Shown here: positions 1 through 6,886 of the stretch, piece after piece
How positions within the stretch are numbered: the stretch's first letter is position 1
Layout of the letters: each line of letters begins with the position of its first letter
Virus record (IMG/VR): IMGVR_UViG_3300045988_115612
Span: 1-15,830 of that record
Direction: 5' to 3' (one strand)
From: a virus
DNA length: 15,830 nt
Program-made: the position numbers and the translations under genes
Notes under the pieces: generated by a model
The model's input: only the letters and a program-made list of their open reading frames with translations
Databases searched by the model: none
What the model was told of the DNA's origin: nothing

Positions 1-19
1 GACTGTGCTCTTCCGATCT
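1..19. other. Sequencing-adapter remnant (Illumina-type ...GTGCTCTTCCGATCT), not biological
   Basis: gactgtgctcttccgatct at 1-19 ends in the canonical adapter 3' end CTCTTCCGATCT. Its exact reverse complement is at 15812-15830. Confidence 0.85.
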
Positions 20-335
20 CCCACGTTGACATAAAATAAAACGATATTTAGAACATTTCCCCAATCACTTTACGCGACAAACTAAAAATAGTGAACGCGT
101 ATAAAATATTTTAAAAATACGCTTGACATTTCTATGTGCGCGTGCTATTATATAATTACAGAAAGGAAATAATAAGGAGGAAATGAAAAAATGATTAAAA
201 ATTTAGATTATTACTGGGAAGCAATCGTGAACATGATGGATGATGATATCCGCGAACGCGTAGCGTTTGAATTAGCGCCGTGCACCAACGAAGAATTTTT
301 AAATCGTTACTTAGAGCTTGCACCGGATTTCCAGA
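20..335. repeat. Left inverted terminal repeat (316 bp perfect; degenerate extension to ~377)
   Basis: Block-by-block reverse complementation shows 1-335 identical to 15496-15830. Mismatches then occur at 336, 337, 341, 352, 364, 365, 368 and 369, and similarity is lost after ~377. Confidence 0.95.
123..151 (+). promoter_or_regulatory. Sigma-A-type promoter inside left ITR
   Basis: TTGACA (123-128), 17-nt spacer, TATTAT (146-151), preceded by TG at 143-144 (extended -10). AT-rich inverted repeat gcgtat...atacgc (97-122) lies directly upstream. SD and ORF follow about 25 nt downstream. Confidence 0.7.
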
Positions 336-358
336 CTGTTTTGGATTCTGAGTTTTAA
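191..358 (+). CDS. ITR-encoded 55-aa acidic hypothetical protein (left copy)
   Basis: ATG at 191 lies 10 nt after AAGGAGG (174-180). Translation: MIKNLDYYWEAIVNMMDDDIRERVAFELAPCTNEEFLNRYLELAPDFQTVLDSEF, TAA at 356-358. Below the ORF-track length cutoff. A second copy sits in the right ITR. Confidence 0.7.
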   Translation: MIKNLDYYWEAIVNMMDDDIRERVAFELAPCTNEEFLNRYLELAPDFQTVLDSEF

Positions 359-371
359 GGAGGGCAATGAA

Positions 372-605
372 ATGAAACAAAAAGAATATGATAGACTTGT
401 AAATCGGTTAGCACAGCTTAAAGCTATACAAGCAAAATATGCGACATTACTGGCATGGAAACCCAGTTATATAAATGACGAGCGTGAACGCAAGTACGAA
501 CAAGCAGTAGACCGCATAAACTCTGAAATATGGGGTGTCATGGATAAACTTGATAACTGCGTTAACGATGACGAGACAGATAGTTTTATACCACATTTTG
601 AATAA
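372..605 (+). CDS. Hypothetical 77-aa early protein (predicted helical)
   Basis: Internal ATG of track ORF 318..605, chosen because AAGGAGG (357-363) lies 8 nt upstream. Begins MKQKEYDRLVNRL. The upstream extension overlaps the ITR ORF. Confidence 0.65.
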   Translation: MKQKEYDRLVNRLAQLKAIQAKYATLLAWKPSYINDERERKYEQAVDRINSEIWGVMDKLDNCVNDDETDSFIPHFE

Positions 606-628
606 GGAGCGGAAACCCGCTCCTTATT
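601..628. terminator. Hairpin terminator at the convergence of plus- and minus-strand transcription
   Basis: 12-bp stem aataaggagcgg / ccgctccttatt with 4-nt loop aaac, followed by a T-run on the plus strand. Lies between the stop at 605 (+) and the stop at 630 (-). The U-tract is weaker in the minus direction. Confidence 0.75.
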
Positions 629-629
629 T

Positions 630-1400
630 TTATTCGTGCTTTAGCTCTCCTTTCGCCAGCAGCACCACCAACTCCGTATTCTGTTCTGCCGTCCCGGTAT
701 ACTCTTCAATCCCGTTTGCCCTTGCGATCTCTTTCCGGTGCGCAAAACTGCTATCAATCCCAATCGTGTTCAGAGCAGCTGCCAGACCAATACCCGGGTA
801 GAATTTTTCAGTATCCATCTTTTTTGACATATCGAATTTTTTACCTCCGATCTTACTACTGTTAGTGTACTGCCATAACGCAGCACTTTTGGTATATTCA
901 TCTTCTTTTGTTGTATATCTTGCATACCATAACGGGAAGCCTTTCAGCTTGCTATGCAACAAGTGATTCAATAAATAATCCCTGTTTGCATAGTACCCGC
1001 ACTTATAACCGTAAAACTGCATAGTCTGGCAAAAGTTAGCAATCAGCGTACTTCTGGAAATACGCGTCAGGGTGTTCGTGTCATACCTTGACAACTTTTC
1101 TTCTGTGTCATATTCAAAATCACACCACACTCCCAGATTGATTTTATCTTTGTATGGTCTGATTGTCTGCTCAAATTTGATACAATTCGCATCGATCGTC
1201 CTACCAGAATGAATATACACAAACCAGTAAAAGCCAAGATCAAGACCGCGTTTTATGACTTCATTCGTGAAATATTTCATTCGTTCATCTTCTGTCACTC
1301 CGCTTCCCGCGCGAATAATAACACCAGTAACGCCTGCCTTGACAACTGTATCCCAGTCAACCGGATAATTCCACTTTGATACGTCAATGATTTTACTCAT
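630..1400 (-). CDS. Endolysin, GH25 muramidase with a short C-terminal putative wall-binding module
   Basis: GH25 hallmarks: IDVSKWN..VDW, GVIIRAGSG, GFYWF, DFEYD (D-x-E), LWYARY, WQYT. SD AAAGGAGA 7 nt upstream. Last gene of the late operon, after the holin. The C-terminal ~55 aa (IGIDSSFAHRKEIARANGIEEYTGTAEQNTELVVLL) is a separate module I cannot name. Confidence 0.85.
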   Translation of the reverse strand: MSKIIDVSKWNYPVDWDTVVKAGVTGVIIRAGSGVTEDERMKYFTNEVIKRGLDLGFYWFVYIHSGRTIDANCIKFEQTIRPYKDKINLGVWCDFEYDTEEKLSRYDTNTLTRISRSTLIANFCQTMQFYGYKCGYYANRDYLLNHLLHSKLKGFPLWYARYTTKEDEYTKSAALWQYTNSSKIGGKKFDMSKKMDTEKFYPGIGLAAALNTIGIDSSFAHRKEIARANGIEEYTGTAEQNTELVVLLAKGELKHE

Positions 1401-1608
1401 GTTCTGATCTCCTTTCTATTTCTTTTACACGCTGAGACAAGCCACTTACTTCTGTTTCAATTCGTATTAAGCGGTCATCCATGCTTGCATGCTTATCCAT
1501 GCGTTTCTCTAAAGCGTCCAAACGGTATTTAATTAACGAATTATTCATAACTGCGACTAGCAGCGCTGATGCCAAACTACAGGTAGCAGTTATAATAGAT
1601 TCTATCAT
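1393..1608 (-). CDS. Small membrane-anchored coiled-coil protein (possible lysis accessory or antiholin)
   Basis: 71 aa with an N-terminal hydrophobic helix (IITATCSLASALLVAVM), then heptad-like LDALEKRMDK...RIETEVSGLSQRVKEIE. Overlaps the holin stop (ATGA) and the endolysin start by 8 nt. Confidence 0.55.
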   Translation of the reverse strand: MIESIITATCSLASALLVAVMNNSLIKYRLDALEKRMDKHASMDDRLIRIETEVSGLSQRVKEIERRSEHE

Positions 1609-1868
1609 TTTTCCACCGCCTTTTTAATCTGCTTCGGAATCTGGTTGATTCCAATAGCAGCCAGACCGCTTGAAATACCAATAGCGAAAATGTCAATTGC
1701 GTTCCCTCCGCCGATATCGATACCGTACACAAGCGAAATAATAGAACAAAAAATTCCAATAAATACAGATACCAGCGGAATATATTCATCTGATACCAGC
1801 TTTGCACTTTTGACAACCTCCGAAGTACCGTAACAAATTATTGTAATTGCAATATAAGGCTCAATCAT
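1605..1868 (-). CDS. Holin (phi LC3 / SPP1-like class, about 3 TM segments)
   Basis: 87 aa with three hydrophobic segments and a charged C-terminus (KQIKKAVEK). Pattern IPLVSVFIGIF...GISSGLAAIGINQIPKQ is typical of this holin family. AAGGAGG 9 nt upstream. Sits just upstream of the endolysin. Confidence 0.8.
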   Translation of the reverse strand: MIEPYIAITIICYGTSEVVKSAKLVSDEYIPLVSVFIGIFCSIISLVYGIDIGGGNAIDIFAIGISSGLAAIGINQIPKQIKKAVEK

Positions 1869-1870
1869 TT

Positions 1871-2650
1871 TTAACTACCTCCTTTTATAAGTTTGTATAG
1901 GTTTATTCCGATTTTAAGATATTTAAAACCGTTTACGATAATAAGGCTTTCCGTTATATTTATTATCGGCGTTTTGTTAAAGAAAATTGGATTGATTAAC
2001 CTGTCCCCGTTTGACGGTAAAAACATGTCCTGTACTTTGAATAGATATTCCGGTGCTTCTGACACGATCGGAGGGTCAGGGTCTGGTGGTTCTGGTGGGT
2101 CTGGTGGCGGGTCTGGTTTCGGGTCGATGTCCTCCCCGTTATACAACTTTTGCCAAAAATACCATCCCATTTCTCCTCTGTTTGGCTGGTTTAGATTTTT
2201 CGGTCGCTCATAGTTCCGCAAAAACATGTCCGCTAACATTTTTATCATTGCTTCGACGCTCTCGCCTGTTTGCCATTGCGTAAATTCATAAAAGCTGTAA
2301 GGATACTTAGAGGTAGCCGCCCATTGTTTTTTGTTTGCAACCTCCCACTTAATCCGCTCTAGTTGTCCTGTCCCGCTGTCGTGTGCGTAACCGTTTTCAT
2401 CCAGCCAGCTGAAAAGCTTTGTCGCTGGTGTCCACTGTACAAGCCCAAAACCCAAGTCGGTATTCCCAGCATCCAGATTTTGCCAGATGCCCGGATTGAC
2501 ATGTGATTCTGTCCACATATTTCCCAACATCGCGCAAACTGCATAAGACGTCCATCTGCCTGTTACGGTGCTGCCCGCGAGGTAGTCATATACCTCACGG
2601 GCATTTTCCAACGCTTCGGCAAGTGTTAGCCACCTATTGCCGCTTATCAT
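1871..2650 (-). CDS. Tail-associated peptidoglycan hydrolase (phage tail lysozyme domain, phi29 gp13 N-domain-like)
   Basis: Motif MLGNMWTESHVNPGIWQ...GFGLVQWT is characteristic of the phage tail lysozyme family. Followed by a Pro/Asp linker (DPKPDPPPDPPEPPDPDPP) and a ~65-aa C-terminal domain. Start overlaps the upstream stop (ATGA). Confidence 0.75.
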   Translation of the reverse strand: MISGNRWLTLAEALENAREVYDYLAGSTVTGRWTSYAVCAMLGNMWTESHVNPGIWQNLDAGNTDLGFGLVQWTPATKLFSWLDENGYAHDSGTGQLERIKWEVANKKQWAATSKYPYSFYEFTQWQTGESVEAMIKMLADMFLRNYERPKNLNQPNRGEMGWYFWQKLYNGEDIDPKPDPPPDPPEPPDPDPPIVSEAPEYLFKVQDMFLPSNGDRLINPIFFNKTPIINITESLIIVNGFKYLKIGINLYKLIKGGS

Positions 2651-3405
2651 TGTGCAGGATTGACAGTGTACGTTAATTCGATGTCAAAACTTGAGTATGT
2701 CGGAACACCTGCACCACGATATAATCTAAAAGTATCCCCAGTTAATTTCTCTAAGTTAAAGGTAGCTGTTGTTCCGTTTGGAATAATAGTCAAGTCAGTC
2801 ACTCCCTCCACGGATACCCCGTTTTGGCATCGTGTAACGTTGGCAGACTTAAAGGTTAAATTCCCGTCATTTTTTTTATAAATGCAGCCTGTACCACCTG
2901 ATTCAGTGTTTCCAGCTGCTCCGCTCATACGAAACGTTACTTCTTCAGGCAATTTCGGCTTTTCTTCCAGAGCGGTCACTCTCTGACCAAGTTCATCCAG
3001 TGTCGTTTTGTTTCCGTCCGCTGTCTGCTTTGCTTTTGTTGCGTTCGCGCTGGCTGCGTTCGCAGCGTTTACAACATCGGTTGCGGCTGTCTGAGCAGCA
3101 GTTGCTTTCTGCTCTGCGCTGTTCGCTGCTTCCTGCGCTGCTGTCACGTATCCGGTCATGTCGTCCGCGGTTTCTTTCAGCTGCGCAACCTGTTTTTTGA
3201 CATCTTCGTGAACGGTTTTGATCTCTGTCTGTGCGCCTTTTACATTTTCCACATCGTTAACAGCTTCTTCCGCTGTCTGACTGACAGTAAATAAAGCACC
3301 GTCGATGATCTCCATATCGTTGTTATAATCCCCGAGAAAAGTTGGCTTGTCTGTGCCGATAAACTGAGATAATTTAAAATTGGCTGTTTTGTTTGTACTA
3401 CTCAT
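2647..3405 (-). CDS. Fibre protein: conserved N-terminus, Ala-rich coiled coil, C-terminal globular domain
   Basis: 252 aa. N-terminal NFKLSQFIGTDKPTFLGDYNNDMEIIDGAL is typical of phage fibre N-termini. Long A/Q/T-rich heptad region, then a beta-rich C-terminus. GGGAGG SD 7 nt upstream. Confidence 0.6.
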   Translation of the reverse strand: MSSTNKTANFKLSQFIGTDKPTFLGDYNNDMEIIDGALFTVSQTAEEAVNDVENVKGAQTEIKTVHEDVKKQVAQLKETADDMTGYVTAAQEAANSAEQKATAAQTAATDVVNAANAASANATKAKQTADGNKTTLDELGQRVTALEEKPKLPEEVTFRMSGAAGNTESGGTGCIYKKNDGNLTFKSANVTRCQNGVSVEGVTDLTIIPNGTTATFNLEKLTGDTFRLYRGAGVPTYSSFDIELTYTVNPAQ

Positions 3406-3420
3406 TGTTTTACCTCCCTT

Positions 3421-3867
3421 TTACGCATTTTCTAATGCTGCGATCCTTTCCTGCAAACTTGTGATCTTCCCAGCGTTCGCGCTGTTTGCATCGTTCGCAA
3501 TTTTTACCGCTTCTTCTGCTGCGGATACCAGACTTTTTGAATTGTCAATATCCGCGACTGCTTTCGCAGCTTTTGCTTCTGCTCCGCTTGCAACCTGAGT
3601 CAAAACATTCAGCGCGGGCATTACAGACAGCAATTTTCCCTGCGATAATGTAATGGTATTTTTTAATGTTATATTTTCTTCGTTCATTTTTGTGATCTCT
3701 GTCTGGACTGTGTTCATTTCGTTTTTTACACCGGATGTTTTACCTTTCAGCGCTTGCAAGGCTGCATCAATTTTTTTGTTGTTTTCGTTCCAGTCTCCCA
3801 TGATGTCAACAGCATCTTTTTTCTGGTACATTCCGAAATTAAAATAACGGGTATGACGTGTAAACAT
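3421..3867 (-). CDS. Short fibre paralogue (N-terminus and coiled coil only)
   Basis: ATG at 3867 lies 8 nt after GGAGG. The track's GTG at 3876 overlaps the SD itself. Shares FNFGMY..D..GDWNENNKKIDAAL and a SANA-containing coiled coil with the 252-aa neighbour. It ends where that protein continues into its C-terminal domain. Confidence 0.6.
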   Translation of the reverse strand: MFTRHTRYFNFGMYQKKDAVDIMGDWNENNKKIDAALQALKGKTSGVKNEMNTVQTEITKMNEENITLKNTITLSQGKLLSVMPALNVLTQVASGAEAKAAKAVADIDNSKSLVSAAEEAVKIANDANSANAGKITSLQERIAALENA

Positions 3868-3884
3868 TTTTTGCACCTCCTTTT

Positions 3885-5195
3885 TTAAATTGGTAATTCT
3901 TTTAATAGCACATTTGTGCTTCTGATTAAACCACGAATAGAAGAATAAGCGTAGCTCTCATATTCTTGCGCTGTTGGAATGTTAATTGTGTCTAGTATGT
4001 AGACCGTAGCTGATGGATGACCGTTAAAATAATAAATCCGGTCTAGCTCATTGATAACACTATAGTTTGCATTAGTTTCAACACTCAGCCACGCTTCCCA
4101 TTCGTTGTCATTCGTAACTTTAAACGGAAAAGTAATAGACTGTCTCCAATTAGTCGGAAAGCTGGTTTTGTTTGGCTTTTCGCCCGAGTTAATGCTTTTT
4201 ACTCCAATTTTAACAAAACCGTGCTTGCTTCTGCCAATAGTTCGCACTCCCAAGCCGTTGCCCACATTATAGGTATCGTAATAAGTCGCGTTTTCGGTAT
4301 CCCACCACAGCGCATCTTTATTTTTTGTTTTGATTGCCTGACAAGTTTCTGTCATCACGGAATCAAACTCCTGCGCTGTCAAGTGTAGTTCTGCATCCAC
4401 CTGCATCACTTCGTCCAACGCTCTTGCATGTGTGATTGCGTCCCCACTCACCGGACTGTTCACACTTGCATCAAAAACGCCGTACATTTTGTAATAACTT
4501 TCAGCATCAAATGCACCCGCGCGGATATACAATGTTTTAAAATCGTCACAGTCCTTGTCAAAAGCTGTAAACCAGTTGTCAAACTGCCCGCAATTGATCG
4601 CTCGCACTCTTAAAATGTCGTATACATTATTGACAGTGTTTCCAACTCTGTCCCGGTATCCGGTTGTAGGATCAAAAATCCGGAAACCATCTTCATTTAC
4701 TTCGTCAATTTCCAGACGAAGCTTTTCCAGCTGCTCTTCCACCCATTCTTTCAGACGCTGAACAGCAAAGTCTGTATACTGTTCCAGATACGCTTTTGTC
4801 TCGTCGATCTTACCATTCAGCTGCGCAACGTCTTTTTCATGCGTCAGCTTTACATTGTCCACATAATACCTTAACTCTGTTATTAAATCTTCCAGCCGTT
4901 TTACGTCTTTGGTATGCTCCGCCCAGTAGTAAGCGTCTTGAGTGTCAATGTAACTGTGCAAGGTTTCTACGGTCTGAGCGAGAGTTTTCAAAAGCTCTGC
5001 TTTTAATTCTGCTATTTTCGCGTCTGTATAGTTCTGGTAATTTGTCTCTAAGTCAGTCAAAAACTGAATGATCTGATTGATGTTATAAGCAATCTTCTGC
5101 ATCATTTCCAGCTGACTGATAGACGCATCCCATTCAGACGGCAATGACAGATAGGCATTATTAAAGCATAGCTTTTCCGGTAACTTTTTATCCAC
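3885..5195 (-). CDS. Tail appendage / receptor-binding protein (gp12 position)
   Basis: 436 aa. GTG start 8 nt after GGAGG. N-terminal ~170 aa coiled coil followed by a globular C-terminal region. Located directly after the lower collar gene, as the appendage gene is in phi29-type phages. Call rests on position and architecture only. Confidence 0.5.
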   Translation of the reverse strand: MDKKLPEKLCFNNAYLSLPSEWDASISQLEMMQKIAYNINQIIQFLTDLETNYQNYTDAKIAELKAELLKTLAQTVETLHSYIDTQDAYYWAEHTKDVKRLEDLITELRYYVDNVKLTHEKDVAQLNGKIDETKAYLEQYTDFAVQRLKEWVEEQLEKLRLEIDEVNEDGFRIFDPTTGYRDRVGNTVNNVYDILRVRAINCGQFDNWFTAFDKDCDDFKTLYIRAGAFDAESYYKMYGVFDASVNSPVSGDAITHARALDEVMQVDAELHLTAQEFDSVMTETCQAIKTKNKDALWWDTENATYYDTYNVGNGLGVRTIGRSKHGFVKIGVKSINSGEKPNKTSFPTNWRQSITFPFKVTNDNEWEAWLSVETNANYSVINELDRIYYFNGHPSATVYILDTINIPTAQEYESYAYSSIRGLIRSTNVLLKELPI

Positions 5196-5210
5196 CTCTT
5201 TTACCTCCTT

Positions 5211-5900
5211 TTAGTAGATTTTTAAGAAAAGAGTACGGGAAACTGTGTCGGAAAATTGCCCCACAACATCCATAAGCGTTTCTCGATATTTTAAAATCAA
5301 TTCCGCTTGCGGAACATTGTATCCGCTTTCCTGAAAGTGTTCTGAATACACCTCTTTTCCGTTTGAAGATGTCGTTCCGTTCCCGCTTCCCTGATCTACT
5401 GTAATTGTAGTTGCATAATCCGCATTTGTCAAGCGGTTTTCCGGTGTATCATCAAAAATATTTTTATTGTTGCTTTCGCTTGTGCTTTTTCCGCTTGCGT
5501 TTGTTTCTCTGTCACCATTCCGTGCACTTTCCCTGCTGTAGCTTTTCAATTTGTCCAGTTCCAACAAGCTTGATTCATAAAGTTTGTTGTACACTGGCAG
5601 CCAGCGCGAAACATTTTGATTAAATCTGAGAATAAAATATTCCGGTGTTTCGTACTCGATTTCCCGCATCATATTGTCAACGCAGAACTGTTGGAAAAAG
5701 GCGTTTTTAAATTCTTCGTTGAAAAAATTGTTTGTGTTATACAGCATTTTAGACTGCGCTTTTTCGATTCTTTCCATGACACTCATTTCATCTTCCAGCC
5801 GGATAAAAGCGTATCTTTTTTCTTCCTTTGGATGCAGCGGGTTCACGTCCTGCGAATAATGGTATATGATATTTCGTAATGTCGTAGTGTGGTTACTCAT
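5211..5900 (-). CDS. Lower collar protein (gp11-like)
   Basis: 229 aa. Segment FFQQFCVDNMMREIEYETPEYFILRFNQNVSRWLPVYNKLYES matches the F..REIG.ET..F....MP.YN.L.ES pattern of lower collar proteins as I remember it. Start overlaps the portal stop (ATGA). Confidence 0.65.
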   Translation of the reverse strand: MSNHTTTLRNIIYHYSQDVNPLHPKEEKRYAFIRLEDEMSVMERIEKAQSKMLYNTNNFFNEEFKNAFFQQFCVDNMMREIEYETPEYFILRFNQNVSRWLPVYNKLYESSLLELDKLKSYSRESARNGDRETNASGKSTSESNNKNIFDDTPENRLTNADYATTITVDQGSGNGTTSSNGKEVYSEHFQESGYNVPQAELILKYRETLMDVVGQFSDTVSRTLFLKIY

Positions 5901-6871
5901 TTTTTTATATTCCCCTCCGCGTTATTCATAACGATTTCAGTTCCACCGCCTTTTGAATCCATGTTGCCGATTCCGGCGATTTCCTGCGTGCCTAAACTTA
6001 AGCGGTTACAATTAGGATTAAAGTCTACACTAATTCCAGTCAAGTCCGGGAACAGTCTTTTAATTTTTTTCAGCGCTTCTCTGCGCATAAACAGCCCGCC
6101 ATCCCGCAGTGCAAGAATGTGTTCTTCGTTTGCTTCTGCTTCGGACTCTACCAGACGTTCTTTTTTGTAAATGTTAAGATTGTTATAACCTAGACGTGTA
6201 AGGTATTCGCTCCAGATGCAATTCTTTTCCTTTTCCAATTGTTCCAAAATGCACGGAACAGAAAAATCTAACACGCCCTTTGTATCAGCAGAAAATCCGT
6301 CTGTATCGTCCACCAAAACAAAAGGTTTCCCGTCCTCCGCTTCGTTGATCGCGTGTTTTGCGCTGTTTACGTTATCCTTATTTACAAAAATTCCTTTCGG
6401 TTTCATCTGCAATCGTGTGTTCACGTCTTTCGCCTTTTCAATCATAGTGAATTTTTTAGCGAAATAGTAAATTTCTGGCATGAACGGTCTAAACGTCTGA
6501 TCGTTAAAAATGATAGCGCTGTCTTTTTCGGTTGCCCTGTGGTGGTATCCGCTGGCGGTATTGATATAGCGGGTTGTCGGTATGTTATAAATGTTAAAGC
6601 TGCCCGCTTTTGCACAAGGTAAACACAGATACCCCATCACCTCATCCTTAAAAAAACAAACTGCGCCGTTAAAAATTAGTGCCTGTTCCAGTGCGCGGGC
6701 GCTCACTGTGTCTGGCAATCCTGACCATGTGTAGCGATTGATTGCTAACAAATACAGCTGATTTACAAAGTGATCGAACGTCACGCGCTCATCAAACTTT
6801 CGAACGATCTTTCCATCATAACCGACACCGCACAATCCTAGCGGGTCGGTCGAAAAACCAGTTCTTCCCAT
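5897..6871 (-). CDS. Portal / upper collar connector (phi29 gp10-like)
   Basis: 324 aa. [31 protein letters not shown] parallels phi29 gp10 [48 protein letters not shown] parallels KKERMVTDEVSSNDEQI. AAGGAGG 8 nt upstream. Confidence 0.85.
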   Translation of the reverse strand: [324 protein letters not shown]

Positions 6872-6886
6872 TGTTTCTTCCTCCTT

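Noticed and set aside
26-54. TTGACA hexamer 7 nt from the genome end as a possible terminal promoter
   Set aside because: No acceptable -10 element at 16-18 nt spacing (only tagaac). More likely part of the replication-origin sequence.
318-371. Conserved N-terminal extensions MHRISR(L/T)FWIL(S/N)FKE of track ORFs 318..605 and 15217..15513
   Set aside because: The conservation only reflects the degenerate ITR extension. These codons overlap the 3' end of the ITR ORF in another frame and precede the strong SD. Internal ATGs at 372 and 15459 are the credible starts.
195-380. 61-aa minus-strand ORF inside the left ITR
   Set aside because: Antisense to the SD-preceded 55-aa ITR ORF. It would have to be transcribed outward toward the genome end, and there is no promoter or SD for that.
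1893-2213. 106-aa plus-strand ORF with a GGSGSGGSGGSGGGSG tract
   Set aside because: It is the antisense reading of the Pro/Asp linker repeats of the tail lysozyme gene, not an independent Gly/Ser-rich protein.
2870-2877. A8/T8 homopolymer in the fibre gene (also A9 at 13122-13130 in the polymerase) as phase-variation tracts
   Set aside because: The genome is AT-rich, and similar runs occur in essential genes such as the polymerase. There is no evidence of frame-restoring alternative ORFs.
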